Source: Orbicella franksi
Lineage: Eukaryota
DNA length: 64,000 nucleotides
NCBI GenBank assembly: GCA_964199315.1
Contig: OZ116699.1
Coordinates: 15,004,001 to 15,068,000, forward strand
Direction: 5' to 3'
Position numbers and translations under genes: made by a program. Below the pieces are notes generated by a model. The model was given only the letters and a program-made list of their open reading frames with translations, was not told the DNA's origin and made no database searches. This document shows, piece by piece, positions 38,401 to 52,359 of the stretch. Every line of letters starts with the position of its first letter. Position 1 is the stretch's first letter.

Positions 38401-41400
38401 GTTGAGGAAACACACACATCTGAATGATGTGTGTAGCGGAACAATTCCTTGCAAGATATCATAGATGTCTCCGGCAACAATCTCAGTCTCAAGCATATAA
38501 ACTGTTTCCATGATGAAATCGAAATCGCTGTTGAAAAGCGTTACTTTGAACATACCTCTAACATTCGATGCTAAGCCATTTAGTACAAAAATTAACGGCA
38601 GCTAAAAAATGTTTTTTATTGACGGGAACGGTGTGTCTTGACGCCACTGCCTTGAAGAACGTCACGCACAAGCAAGAGAGCACACAGCCATACTCATTCA
38701 CGGTGTTATAATTCCCGATATTGACCTTACTACTTTCCTAATTTGATAATTTTTTAAGTTCCAAGCCTCCGCACAAAATAACGTGATCATATATTTGCGA
38801 GCTCTCTCAGGTTATTCCTCGACCCCACCCCTACAGCAGCATTTGGCGCCGTAAGGATTTGTCATTTTGTTTAGCAGCTCCGTCACGATAATTGTGAGTA
38901 AAATAGTATTCTGGCAAACTGGCATCTGGTTAACCCAGAGCTGGGTTGAACAGAGAATTGAGATATTTACAGCATACGAGGATCCTCCAAGTTGCTCTTT
39001 AGCTCTAGTTACTTCCCATATATCTACAACGCCATACTGTGGACATTGTGTAGACGGACTAAACATATTTATTTAGCATTAACCGAGTTGTTACCGGAAG
39101 CTACAACCACAACACAGTGCTGCGTGTGGGAGGCGATTTACGAATGTTTTTAAATAGGTGAAGAGTGTTTTTTTTTTTATCATCAATAATTGAGTCTTGC
39201 TAAGTTGTAGGTAAATTTTGACTACAGTAAATATAATAGTAGTTTCTGAAACCTTTTATCACATTTTGTACTATTTTTCATCACATTTTGAAGTGACTCT
39301 CGTCCCATAAATATTTAAAGTTGCACTCCTGTGTATTAGCAGTTCCATGGAAGAAACGTTACGCAACCAGTAGCATATTTTATCAATAGCAAACGTGAAT
39401 AGCATGGTCGCTTAAGAAAATATCCTACAGTAGATCTCCGTGCCACCTGTCATCCATCAAGGGGTGTTTCCGCCTTACCGATCAACCCTTGGGGGATCCT
39501 CTTTATTCAGAACGGGCCATTCAGCGCGTCAGCTTACTATGAAAAGAATACCGATTGAACTTTGAAAGAGGGATTCACTATTGACAGAGTTGCAACTGCT
39601 AAATTGATTTTCCCCACCATATCTAGTCTATTTTACGTTATCTGGGGCGCCATACCACAACGTATGGTATCGATTTTCGGCATACTTTGCGAGCCGCCAA
39701 CTATGTAATGCCACAAACAAGTACACCTATAATTCAAAGGATCTCTTATTTTAACTCAAGCATCTCTAATTTTTATCCTCCTTTTCCTTTTGACTGGGAA
39801 CAGTACTACTTTTTAAAAATTGGTATAACAAGAAAACAAACGTGTGGATTTTGCCGCTAAAATATTAAAGTACTTCAAATAATCTTCTGGTGATTGATGT
39901 TATCTTCCTATATGCCGTCATTATCATTTTTTCCGCACCTTCTGTATTCTAAATTTTGAATGTAAATATTTTAGGTGTTATCAGGTGTCATAAACAGCTC
40001 CGATGAAGGCCACCATTTATGCTCAGTTCAAATACCTGCTAAATTTCCCATCACTAACTCATTGATTGAATTCTAACCCAAACTAATTATGGCACAGGAA
40101 TCTACTAGGAACTTTGGTGTTTTAAAAAGGTTGGGTAGGTAATTTGGGATGCATTCACGCACACAAACCTTGGCCAAGAACAAGTATTTGGTTGTTTTTG
40201 ACGGTCATATTGATAACACTACGAGCTAGTAACACAAATAAAAGTTCAAATAAGTTTCTTGAACCCTCGTTAGGGTCCCGTTAGAGTAACAAGATCTGTT
40301 ATCGCTGTATGGCTAGCATACCACACAATTAACGTTTAATTGATCAGATCAAAAGCAGGCTTGATCGGTCATTATGATTTAGTTTATGAATACGCTCGGG
40401 CTCGAACAGAGCAAGAGAGCGGGTGCCCGGATAGAAAACACTGCCCCACGGCTGCAGCCTCACAGTAGGGACCTTCACGGCGGTTGAAACCCAGAAGCCC
40501 CGAAAAGGTACGGTGTTTATGACGTGCAGTAAAAAACCATGGACACTGCAATTAGAGTTATGATCCTCTTGGTATAGAGGCTTGCAGCATGAGCAGTTTG
40601 AAATGTTCAGATGCAACAGTCAAAAAGCAATTTGTCGTGAATATGTTACACTACGATAAACGTTTCAGCGTTAACTTTACCGTTTCGTGCCAGCTGTTAG
40701 CAATTATTGGTGTTTCGACGTTTTGCCGCGCTTAGGCAGGCTTAGGGTATGCAAATTAGTGCATAATTATTAACAGACTTTTAAGGTTTCTCTCCCAGAA
40801 ATAAAAGACTCTTCATTGTCCACACTCCTCATTTGCCACTCTTCTTGTTTTCCATACTCCGCATTTTGCACTTGCCGTACTCCTCTTTCCTTTCTTTCGT
40901 ATAAGGCTGGTAAGAACAAACACATCATTTTAATTGGTTAGGACACTTGTGTACAATGTCACCGATAGATCTTGAATTGTTATTACAGACCAGAGTATGA
41001 TGATACTGGTTTCATAGCCTGCATAGCAGGCTTTCATTTCCAAAAGTACACAGAGGATACGAAACTGCAAGCGAGTGCGAAACTTTTAAGGAGCAGGGGA
41101 AGGGGATCGGGGCAAAAAAGTAATTTTCCTATTGGCCTCAAACTGCGATCTTGATTAAAGTTAAAGGCCTTATCCCAAAGAGCTGATTTTAGGTTAAAAA
41201 TGCGCTATTAAATACTCTCAATACTATCTGCAATATTTATTATTGACATGTGCAAGCAAATCAGTAAGGGACATTAATTAAGATGAAGGGAGAGAGAATA
41301 TACGGACAAAAATATACATGTAAACAAAGAAGACTTTTATTGACAACAGGAGTCCAGATTGACAATAATTTCTAGTGGGTGGCTGAAATTGTAGACAAAT

Positions 41401-41704
41401 TTCTATTACCTTGCTGAAAAGTTTCATTGAAAGCCTAGAGAGAGGTAAAATGCGAATAAAGTGAGCCTGTTTTGATCCACCTATCAGATAAAGCCACACA
41501 GACTCCTGGGAAATAAGCCGCGGGAGAATTATGCTAACAGCCAATAAAACCCTGTGTTGTAACATTATCCCCACAGCGAAAGCCGCGTCGCCAATACTTA
41601 ATTGATGTCACTCGTTGATTTTATAGACTTCAAGTGAGACGGGTATGCACAACAACGACACTGGAAGACTTTAAGTGGAATAAATCAAACGACAACACTG
41701 AAAC

Positions 41705-44700
41705 ATGGAGTTAGAAATATATCAAGTGGCAATTTTATTGACGACGCTGTTTAGCGGATCTGACACGAGGCCTGCCGCCTCAAGACAAACTTCAGTGATT
41801 CGACTGCAATCTACAGTAAGTATAGTGCTAGTTGTAAATATTGAAGTTTAACAGGGTCATGATTGCTGCCGCAGTACTATAACTGAATGACATGGGTCAT
41901 GATCGCCTGACATCACGTCAAAATAACGTTCATAAATTGCTCTGATTTAATCCGATTTAGGAAAATCAACGTAGCTTACAACTTCAAAACCTACAAGAAA
42001 ACACATCCAGACATGCACGCCCGCCAGTGGTGGAGAACACCATCCATAAATCATCGATCTTGAGACGAGCAGTTACACAAAAGCTAAAAAGATCTGGAAA
42101 TTTACGTTCAGAATTTTTCTTCTCCTCCAAAACTGGGCGCATTTTACCGAAAAGAAAGATAGCCACACAGAAGAAATTGCATTATCTGGCTAAATTCAAT
42201 CGGCGAAAAGCCACCGAAAATGTGGTTCGCAATGGAAAATTAAGACGCCGTCGTTATGTGCTGCAAGGTTCAGAGTGGCCTGTGGGGTCTTCAGGCAGAA
42301 TTACCTGGAATATCGTTCAGTGGAGCGCCAGCCTATCTAATAATGACGTTGAGAGCACTCTAACGAAAGCATTCAGGAAATGGGCAGAAGTTTCTCCACT
42401 TGTATTCCGAAAGCTTGATTCATCAGCCACTGCCGACATAACAGTAAAGTTTGTCACAGGTAAGGAAGGATCTTTTTGTTTGATAAGAATTTCCTTAGCC
42501 GAATAATTATGCAACCAAGTGCAGCGTTACTGACCTACGGTGTATTTGTGCCAAACGCGAACCTCATACCGCCCATCTTCTCCTAACCTTAAAACATCAG
42601 TTATTGGTATTTTTGCACACTCACTGAATCAGTCCTTATCATAGTGCACGTAGCACAAAGAAAGGCCAAACATGCAAAGCAGTCAAATGAATTGTCCTGG
42701 CATCTCAAACCTTATGCCTTTCTAACGTCTTTCAATAGCTTCAGTTGTTGGCTCAACAAGCTTCTTAATTATCGAAACACCTTTAAAACGACAAAAAACG
42801 GACGAATCCAATAACTTCAACTGAGTTTTTTTTCACTGAAACGTTGAGTTTTTTTAGTTAAAAGATAAAGTTTCTTTATACAAATCTATGACATCTATGT
42901 TTGTTGTGGTTTGCAGTTGCGACACGGTGTAAATGTCTCCGTTTCCGTTCCCGCCATGAAGGTATATCCCGGTTAGTGTTTTGAGACCCGATATTTCCGT
43001 TGTTATAATACGGTCGTTCCGGCAGAAAATCAAAACCATTTCTATATCTTCATTTCAATCATAACGTTTTCTCGAAGTTTGCAATATTTTTCTCGCTGTC
43101 TTTCCCACACCCGTTTTACGATATCACACTAAGAAGAAACTATCTTTGCCAACAGTTTTATTTCAGTTTTCTTTCACAGCCTGTAAACGCCCACTTTCTT
43201 AACTTTGTGCGATGAATGATGCAATAATCCGGGAATGAGGTTTTCCTGAATGCAAGGATTTCTCTTGCTGACCTGAAATATTTTGGAACGCAGGATACTT
43301 AACTAACAACTAAATCACTAATACCACAAAAATATTGTCTAACGCGTTGTAGGTCTTGCCAATCATTTCGGAGTGTTCTTAATATCCCCGCCCTCTGTCC
43401 AGTTACGCAACAATATTGCCCTGTGATGTCTCTGTATAACATTTTTATTTCTCGACGGGAAGTCTCAAAATACGGAAACCAGCACGAGAAGCCCTTTTCA
43501 AATACACATCAAGCCAAGTTGATGGTTGAGAAAGATTTCTAATTCTAGCTTTTATATCCGGTAGCTAATTCTTCAGTCTGTACCCGGAAATTTTCTTAAA
43601 CAGTTTGTCTAAATGCCTTGTTATTTTATCCAAATCCCTTCATCGATGTCATCAGCACAGCCATGAACTACTGCTTGGCACCAACGTGAGGGCAAAACAG
43701 GGCAAAACACCTTTTTTCGTGTCATCGAAACTATATCCCAGTATTTATTAGGTTTTCCGATATATTGTAAAGAAAAAAAAGCGCCAGCCTATGACGTGAA
43801 AACATTCATCCTCTTTCCTCGCCCAGTATAATCTATAACCTGGTAAAAACTTCTGGATTGTACGTTGATACTACCTAATCGCTTGCATTCTTTCACGATT
43901 TGCGGATTTCGTGAAAACCATGGGTAGCCTGCGTCAGCTAACGGGGTAGTGGGGGGATGGAGGGCAAGAAAACGCCACGAAACTGAGCGCTTGTTGCGAA
44001 AGCTACGCATTCCAGGCGTATTACTCTTGACTATGTTCAACTAAGGTGTAAGCTCTACATATTGCATAGGAGATAAATATTCTCAATTTTTGCTGGATAA
44101 GTAAAGCAACTAGATTTCTATATGATTGCTATCTGTGCTAATTTTCTTCATAATTGAACACAGTGTATTGATCGTTTCAGTCTTTTATTACAAAGGTATG
44201 TCAGAAAAGGTAACCATGCAAAGAACCCAGCAGTTCTCAAAAACCGAAGTTACGTTCTAATTTGCTTTGCTCACGCGAACGTATAAATTATTTTACCCTT
44301 AGATTCCCTTAATACAATTAAATCAGACAAGGACTATGGTAGGATGCAGCGCACGCGTAGTAAGTCAAAAAATTGCGATTGAATGCGGAATAGCTTTCTC
44401 GGAAATACGCCTATTTCTCGAGAACCCCACATTAGAATTTCACGAAATTTGGCACGAAAACACTTTAGGAAATAAGTAACTGGAGTATTGAAAAAAAAAA
44501 AGAGAACTTTAACAAAGTAAATTCTCGATATTCCGGTGAACCTTCAACAAGGGATAATTAAAGATCTCTCTGCTAAATTATTATTAAAATAGTGTTAACT
44601 TGTGAGCATCATTACAAGCTTGTTGCATGCACATTAATTATAACGAAAATCTAATGACCAGATTTTCTGCAAATTAACAAAACTGATTTGAAAAGCCTGT

Positions 44701-47700
44701 TTATATTTATGCATGTGCCATGGCAATGGCACATACGTCAGCTTAACTATAAAAAAACCGATGTTGTGTTGTTAACTTACTTGCTGTCATTTTTGGCGAC
44801 CAAAGGATCAGGAGTTTTAGAGAAAAAGGTGAATGAAACACTGGTATCAAAAACTATGTTCAGCCACTATAACATTTTCTGGAGCGATCGTAGAGAACAT
44901 ATGGGAATCAACCTCTAGCTAGCTTCTTCACGTCAAAACGCGTATCCAACTCAGTGCAACACTAATTAGCTTTCAATCTATTAATCAAGTTTATTTTCAT
45001 GTCGGTCAATACATGTTACATTAAATTGAGACAAATATGAATAAATGAGGACTAAAGAAACCTTTACAGGCCTTTACATCATCACATCGTCACATTTTCA
45101 AATATGTAGAGCAGGTGTCAAACTGCCTTCCCGCTTTATTTACTATATTTGGCTCGAACTCTTCCGCACCTTTTATCGTATAGTTATAGTCATAATAATA
45201 TAATTATGGTTTCGAAAACGCAAGGAAATTACTCACAGACACAGTTCCCATATCTTCCGGTTTTGGGTAGGTTTTATCAAAACTGGCAAATTGTTACGTA
45301 AAGTATTTTTTCTTCTCAAAGCTGGATGAGATTCAGGATAACCGGTTCCGATCTCACTTATGCACATGTGTTGTCAAAATCAACCTGGCCCAGCTCCACC
45401 GACTTTGTTGCTTAACAAGTCTGGTCGCTTCAGACGGAAGCAAGCCTCGCTCAGGAAGCAAGTATTTATATCAAACAATAGCTAGATATAATCATTTGCA
45501 CAAGTGTCGGAAGCAGTCTTAGTATGACGTTACTAACCGCTCTGTCTATAATAATCCCTGAGATTCTGTAATAAGGATATGAAAAGTGTTGAATAATGGC
45601 ATCTTGCCATTGACATCTTCATTCTTTCTCTCCAAATACCTTTCTGTTTAGCTCGCGTATATGTAATATGTAATATTCCGATTGATTCGAGTATGAAATC
45701 AAAACAAATCTAGCCTTATTTTTATCCAGGTCAGACTGCTTCTTACCTTATTTCGAACTACGATTTTAGAACCACGGGAAATGAGTGATACGTTATTGAT
45801 CTGAACTACACCGTTGCCATTTTTGAAGCTTGAAGAACACACTCAAACCTCAAAGAATGTTTTTAAGACCGTCATTAAGCGAACCCACATACACTCTTTT
45901 TCTTTGTATAAGAACATTTAATTTTGGAACTGAGTCTGAACGTTCTTATATTTTTTTTTGGGATTTGAGGCTGAAAACATTCTTAAGATGTCCTTAAATT
46001 TACGTGGTATAAAAATAATGAGGACAGGTCAGCACGGACTCCCCACATGATAGATGTGATGTGATTACATGTCTCTCATAATTTGGCTGTTACGAGCTTG
46101 TCTTGGAGAGATCTACCTCTTTTGTAGGCTATGATAGGTGGATTTCTGAGGATGGGCTGATTTTGTATTAATGCCCCTAAGTATTTGGGTTAATTTACAT
46201 TTTTTTTTTTTTTTGCTACCTTTGTCTTATGCTTGTCATTTAATATACAGATTAGCAAAATAAAAACGTTCTTAATCGACTCTCAACCTGAGGAATGTTC
46301 TTAATACGTTCTTAAAATTTTGGTTAATCTCAGCCTCAACGTTCTTATAAAATAGGTTCTTGTAAAAAGAAAGAGTGTATATTTACTGTCATCAGTGACT
46401 CAAATCTTTTTCTTTTTGTTAAACCACCCAGTTTGATATATGAAAAAAAGCTAGAGACCTTGAGATTGGACTGAGGACGAGTATGAAATCGAGCCGATTA
46501 GTACAACTTTCAGTCTTGTTTTGTTCTCACCCAGAGTGCTACTCCTCTCTGCCAATCAGGATCTACTGAAATTTCGGTCTAGCTGGTCGCCAATTCGACT
46601 GAAAATTGACTGTTGGCGACCAGAATTTCAATCACTGATGCTAGTCGCCAGCAGACGACTATCTTTTAGCATCTTTGCCAATGTTTTGGACCGGCGCTCA
46701 AGGAATTTATTTCGTCTTAAATCAACAAAATTCGTGCGGAGTAACCAGCAAGAAACTTATCTCTTGCCTGGTTGAAGTTTTGAACCTCCAAATATTCCCG
46801 CTTAATGACCTTCGCAATCTCGTACCTCGAGTCCTTAATGCGCAAGCTTGACGAAACGAGTGACTACCGAGAGATCTGTTACAGGCTCGATTTTGATTGG
46901 TTTTAAAAACAATGGAAATGAGCGGAAGTTAAACACCAGCGTCTCGATTGAGCCACAGCTTGGGCCTGCGTAATTTAACCGAACGACCGACATTTTCGGA
47001 CTTCCAATCGCATCTTGTCGCTCGTTTTCCAACTGCTGGTAAACATTGGAACGAGCTTGTGAGCTCCACAGTTCAACAGTTGTAATCAACGCATGTAGGC
47101 ATAAAAAAATTAATTTCGGACACCGGTGTTAAGGACACCCTAGACTCTACACTAAGCTTAAGGAGTCAATCAATCCTGTCGAAGAAGAACGAATGTTTTC
47201 TTCTGATTCAGTGTGTATTTAGACACTCCCAATTTGCAAATTGCGGATACTTGTGTCTATCAGCGTGATTTCGAGTAGGGTTTATTGTCTTCCTGCTAGC
47301 TGTCACAAAGTAATAAATGTCAATAAAGCATTAAATTTTGATAAAGAAATGAAAACATTTTTTATTGAGCCAAAAAAAGTTTCCTGGTTCCTTCAACAGG
47401 TGATTAAACATCTATTCAACCTTAGATTAAAATTGGCTCGTTCGTGTTTTCAATGGTGGTGAAGCCAATGGCCGTACCAACGACACTTGTTTGTCATATG
47501 AGCGGATTCGTTATATTCCAGTTTATTATTCCCGTGCTGCACTATGTTAATTTCCGCATAAGTGGGTCAACAACCAAACTTTTGGAAGACTCGGGAATTA
47601 CATCATTTTTAGTTGAGACAAACAAAGTCCGGCATAGATATGACCTTCCAAGAAGCGAAACGAGTTGCTTTAGTTTAAAAATATATCTCAAATCTTTCCT

Positions 47701-49025
47701 TAATTTATGCTGTTAGGATACCACGGAGACATGAAGGCTTTTGACGGCCCGGGCGGTGTTCTAGCTCACGCTTTCTACCCCGGTAGTGGAGGAGATATTC
47801 ACTTTGATGATGACGAGACGTGGACTGTCGACTCTTTACTTCCGATTGCAGTACATGAGATAGGCCACAGCCTAGGACTGAATCATTCCGATGTGCCTGG
47901 TTCCATCATGACTTCATCTACAAGTAACTTAAACAGCAATGCCGTACTTTCTAGGGACGACGTCGACGGTATACGTGCGATATATGGTATGTAACACTCC
48001 AGTTCTCGAACTTCTTTATGTATGTATGCATGTTCTTGAACTCGCGTCACTTCCGATTGGAGAAATGTTGGTCTTTTTTTTTTTTTGGCGAGGTGCTGAA
48101 GCAAATTTGTAAGCCACGAGAAAAAGAGAGATTAATATATAATGTACCTTTGGTTGATCGTAAACAATTGTCTGAATCATGCTGAAATCCACATTGATAG
48201 AGTGAGACGCTCATGGGCCATAATTGGACACGCCTAACACGAAATATCAATTCCGGTTCGGGCTCGTTTCACCATCAAAAACCTTGCTTGAAACGATGTT
48301 TTATGGCAAAGCGTTATTTGATTCAAAAGTGCTGCGCTGCATATGGCATATTTTGCATACATACATATTTTGTCAGGTCTAAGAAGGTGTTCCATTCTTT
48401 CTTTGAAGGTTATTGCAACCCTAGTGTGACTGCCATTGAATCCTGGATGGGTGATGGTAAAAGTTACATTTTTAAAGGGGATCGTTTCTGGCGCCTCAAC
48501 GACGCCGACGCAGAGACCGATCGTGGTTACCCCAAAACGATATCTTCGAAGTGGATAAACGTGCCAGATGACATCGATGAAGTTTTTCTTTGGAGTCACA
48601 ACTGGAATACCTATTTTTTCAAAGGGCATGTGTACTATAAATTTAACGATCTACTAGGTCGGGTGGACAATCGGAATTATCCCAAAAGGATCTCCGAGGG
48701 ATGGCCTGGACTGCCGACAGATGGAATTGATGCCGGGTTCAGTTATAGCAATACACAAAGCTACTTTTTTAAAGGCGATAAAGTGTACTTATACGATAAC
48801 GTCTTGGACCGAGTCGATCCTAATTACCCCAGCGACGGCAAACTAATTAGTGACGTATGGCGCGGTCTCCCTAACAACATCGATAGTGCTTTCCGGTGGT
48901 ATTGGGATGGTATCAGCTACTTCTTCAAAGATGATAGTTATTATTGGTGGGATGTTTCTAACCAGAGTGCACGTGGTCCTTTTCTAATCGGGGATACGGC
49001 ATGGAAGAACATATGTGACGTTTAG
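41705..49025 (+). CDS. Secreted matrix metalloproteinase (M10A catalytic domain plus hemopexin domain), atypical prodomain, 498 aa
   Basis: Exons: 41705-41815 (signal peptide [21 protein letters not shown]), 41961-42459 (propeptide, RRRR|[21 protein letters not shown]), 47717-47986 ([43 protein letters not shown] Met-turn), 48409-49025 (hemopexin repeats [20 protein letters not shown], with Cys at both ends). Phases 0/1/1 are consistent. Confidence 0.93.
45891..46378. mobile_element. MITE in MMP intron 2
   Basis: atacactctttttctttgtataagaac is inverted to gttcttgtaaaaagaaagagtgtat. Internal gttcttaa repeats. Confidence 0.65.
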
Positions 49026-51002
49026 GTGAGGTTCTACCTCGTTTTAATCATATTACGTGCGGTTACTACTTCATTTAATCTTATATATTCTGTGGTAAAC
49101 TGTCTGAATAATGCTGAGCTGCACGGTCTGCTGATGAAGTGCAGGAGTACCAAAGCAGCCTTCTAACTGTTGGATGCTAGCACTGAATACTTTGAAAAAG
49201 CCTCTCTCATCAAGCCAGGAGTGTAAATGAGACCGGTGAGTTTTTGGGAAAACCCAAAGCTAGGGGAACGTCAACGACCCAACTTTTTTACTTTTCAATC
49301 ATAATTTTCCAGATCAATTACTGGTCTTTCTTTTATTACAGCTAAGCGTATGCTACTTCTTTCCTTTGAATAATAACACACAAGATGCGTTCGACATTGC
49401 ATGAACATCTGATGCTAACGAATTCAGGAATTCTGACATTTTCGTTCAGGAAAACGGCTTTATGAGGTTTATAAGAAGTCATACCGTCTTGTAAGTTGTT
49501 CGTCTATTGCTGAAGGGAGGGGCTTATACAGAGGAGTTATGGGATAGTATCTCGAGGCATACCCACACGTGACTTGAGGGTTTTCTTTGTACTGAAAAAA
49601 TCATGTCACACAACCTGCCACAAGAAAACATTGCATAGCCATTAATTAGGAGTAAATTAGTTAAGTGAAGCGAGGGATGCAAAGGCAATTTTTTCCCAGT
49701 CATCTTCGTTTTCTAGAGGTTTTGGCAAGAACTCTCCGGACTAATGAAATTCGATTTTCCTTCACATGAATACGCTCTACATTTCTGTCTTATATGTAAA
49801 TAGTGACACTTGTTGCGAGGCAACGTAAGAAGACTTTCATCGAGATTTATTTTATATAACATCCTTAACAAAATATCTTAATATGAAAACAATTGTGCCA
49901 TGGAACTCCCGAGAGGTTCATCAGATTACTAAGACGACGCAACAGTTTCGTTGTAAGTTGACGCTGTTTCTAATAAGTGGCAGACCACTTCTAGAAACAA
50001 TAGGTTATTTCAGCCATAAGCAGCTAAATATTCGGAGAAACTCTCCGTCATTCAATTGAATATGCCTAATACCTTATTTATCTAAACAACCGACGAACGC
50101 AGATTCTGCGAAAAAAAAAAATATAAGAATCTCAGGCTGTGGGTATCATGCAATACTCAGGGTAACGAATTATAACTGAACAAAATATGTTTATTTAATT
50201 AGCGAAGAGTGATTCGTTTTGCTGACAGTACTGAATGAAGTATGATGCAGAGTAGTGATGCATTTCAAATAACGAGTACAATTACGCAGCAGTTGTACGA
50301 TGCAAATTTCCAAAGCATTGACAGTTCAGTTAACATCGTCACAAGAACAAAGTTTAAACAAAAATTCAAGGTAACGTCTTTTGAGGTTAATTCTTAGTGT
50401 TCTTCGACAAGAGTAAACCATTAACATAACGCTTCATTTAAGTCACATAAACAATGTCATTCATATGACTGATCTAAGTATTAATTCGGATATGCACATT
50501 TTATGGCAATGTGTTTTTTGAACCAAGAATAAAATCGATCTGCGGACAGTTCAAGTAGAGATAGCTTTAAATGCCCATGAAATGTTCACAATGCCTTTGT
50601 GAGTTCATATGTTTCTTTACTTTGTAGTAAAAACAACTCAAACTGTTCGTAGATTACAGACGACAATTGGAGTACAAACCTTTTCTAAGGTCGTTTCCTC
50701 CAGCTATTTCATACATATATTTAACTGCTATTTAAACACGTTAACGCTAAACCTGGGCATTGGAAAAACAATTTCCATTGTTTGCAAAAGCCGACTGGAC
50801 TTCTTTCGTTTACAGTTGCCATTCATATAATAAAGCGATTATCTTATGAACTATCGATACAACTTCTATATTCAGTTTTTTTCTATAGTCTGTTTACACT
50901 GTAAATAGCTTATTTATGTTCCAGTAATCACTTATTGTATACGCACATGTATTCTAATAATTGTACAAATAATTACAACTTAAATATATTGTATACAATT
51001 AA

Positions 51003-51246
51003 AGGAGCTCAGTCAAGGTGCTTTGAGTTATTTTGGCCAAGTACAAAGTTACATTTTTAAAAATTGAAGGAAACCTGGAGATAGTAGTTTACTAAGATAG
51101 AAAAACACCAACGGAAAGAGATAACAATTAACTAGACAGGAACAAGGCTGGTCAAGGATTGTGAAAGATTGACACGGATTACAAACGACGAACTTGAAAA
51201 ATTTAGCCTAAACTTTTCAAGGTGCGCAAACTGTGACGTAGCTCCT
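51003..51246. mobile_element. TTAA-target MITE (Kolobok/piggyBac-like)
   Basis: TTAA|aggagct ... agctcct|TTAA. Confidence 0.7.
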
Positions 51247-52359
51247 TTAAGGGGTGGTTTCATTTATGTTTACACATTTTATGGGCAATGAATTGATGCA
51301 TTAGTAAGTGGAGAGGGACGTTTTCCGAACGATATCAAAATGACTTTGGTTTTGTTATAACCTACACGTCAATATAAACCTTCAATACTGTATCAGTAAA
51401 ATCATGGTAACTTTTAATCAAGTCTAATGTTGTGTGATTAGTACGTTTATGATATTATAAATAATCATGTAATTGCGAATTTATCTTTAGGCTTTAGGCT
51501 TTAATTCACAACGTTCATATGGCGATGCTAAAATGAGGGTGGTAAAGGGTATTTTCGTGATTCGTGAATGGCCTAATGTTTTTCTCGTGAAATGTGAAAT
51601 GGCTTCTTTTCCCGTAAATTGTGAAAGGACCAATTTATTTTCCGTGAAACATGATCTTCACCCCCCCTTTACCACCCTCTAAAATATTTAAAGCGATATT
51701 TACCCATCTTAGTTCTGTACAAAACAATGTATCTAGTTACTATTCTTATCCCAAATTAAATATTATGGAAAAGAAAAAGACCAATACGTTGTCTTGTCTG
51801 AGTTATGTACCAATCAGTTCTTCAACACCACTTGGCAACCCTTGACCATTTGTTTTTTGAAGTTTCGTTGTTCAAATTTCCATCTACCAAAAATTCGTGG
51901 AAAAAACGCTCATGGAATAGACGGGAACCCTCCCTCGCGTCGAATGCCCGATATGAACCTCTAAAATTTTCGAACAAAAAGAGTAAAAGGAACCAGAATT
52001 TCACAAGTAAAACTGTACATTTGCCTTCAAACATAGCACCACCATTAAAGGCCCTTCTTTTCAAGCCATACTATTACAAAAGAACGGAGTTGTTTCTTGA
52101 CGTCTTCAAGCTTCTTTCGCCACATGATTTCAAGGCAAGTTGTCCAAATACTCACAACCACGCCCCCCTCCCTTCAATTTGGTGTCCAAATACAACCCCT
52201 GATGTCAAATTCTTACCTTTCTGGGCACACTGCAATGGTTACACGCCCGAGTAAACCCGGGGGATATTACTGAGCTGTCTTGCTTTAAGGGGGAAGGAAA
52301 GTGCCTGCGCTGACCATTTGTAACTTATTAAATATTTAAAAAAGGCTGCAAGATCTTGC

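Noticed and set aside
43789-44040. LADAGYP as a Harbinger transposase DDE motif
   Set aside because: The motif comes from the agcctgcgt terminus of a MITE read in reverse; no other DDE motifs nearby.
48213-48408. N-terminal 65 aa of the 270-aa ORF as coding sequence
   Set aside because: Intronic read-through. Homology and the phase-compatible acceptor start at 48409.
49130-49165. Hammerhead ribozyme core (ctgatga...)
   Set aside because: A stem II is possible, but the conserved GAAA is absent (reads ccaaag) and flanking stems are not evident.
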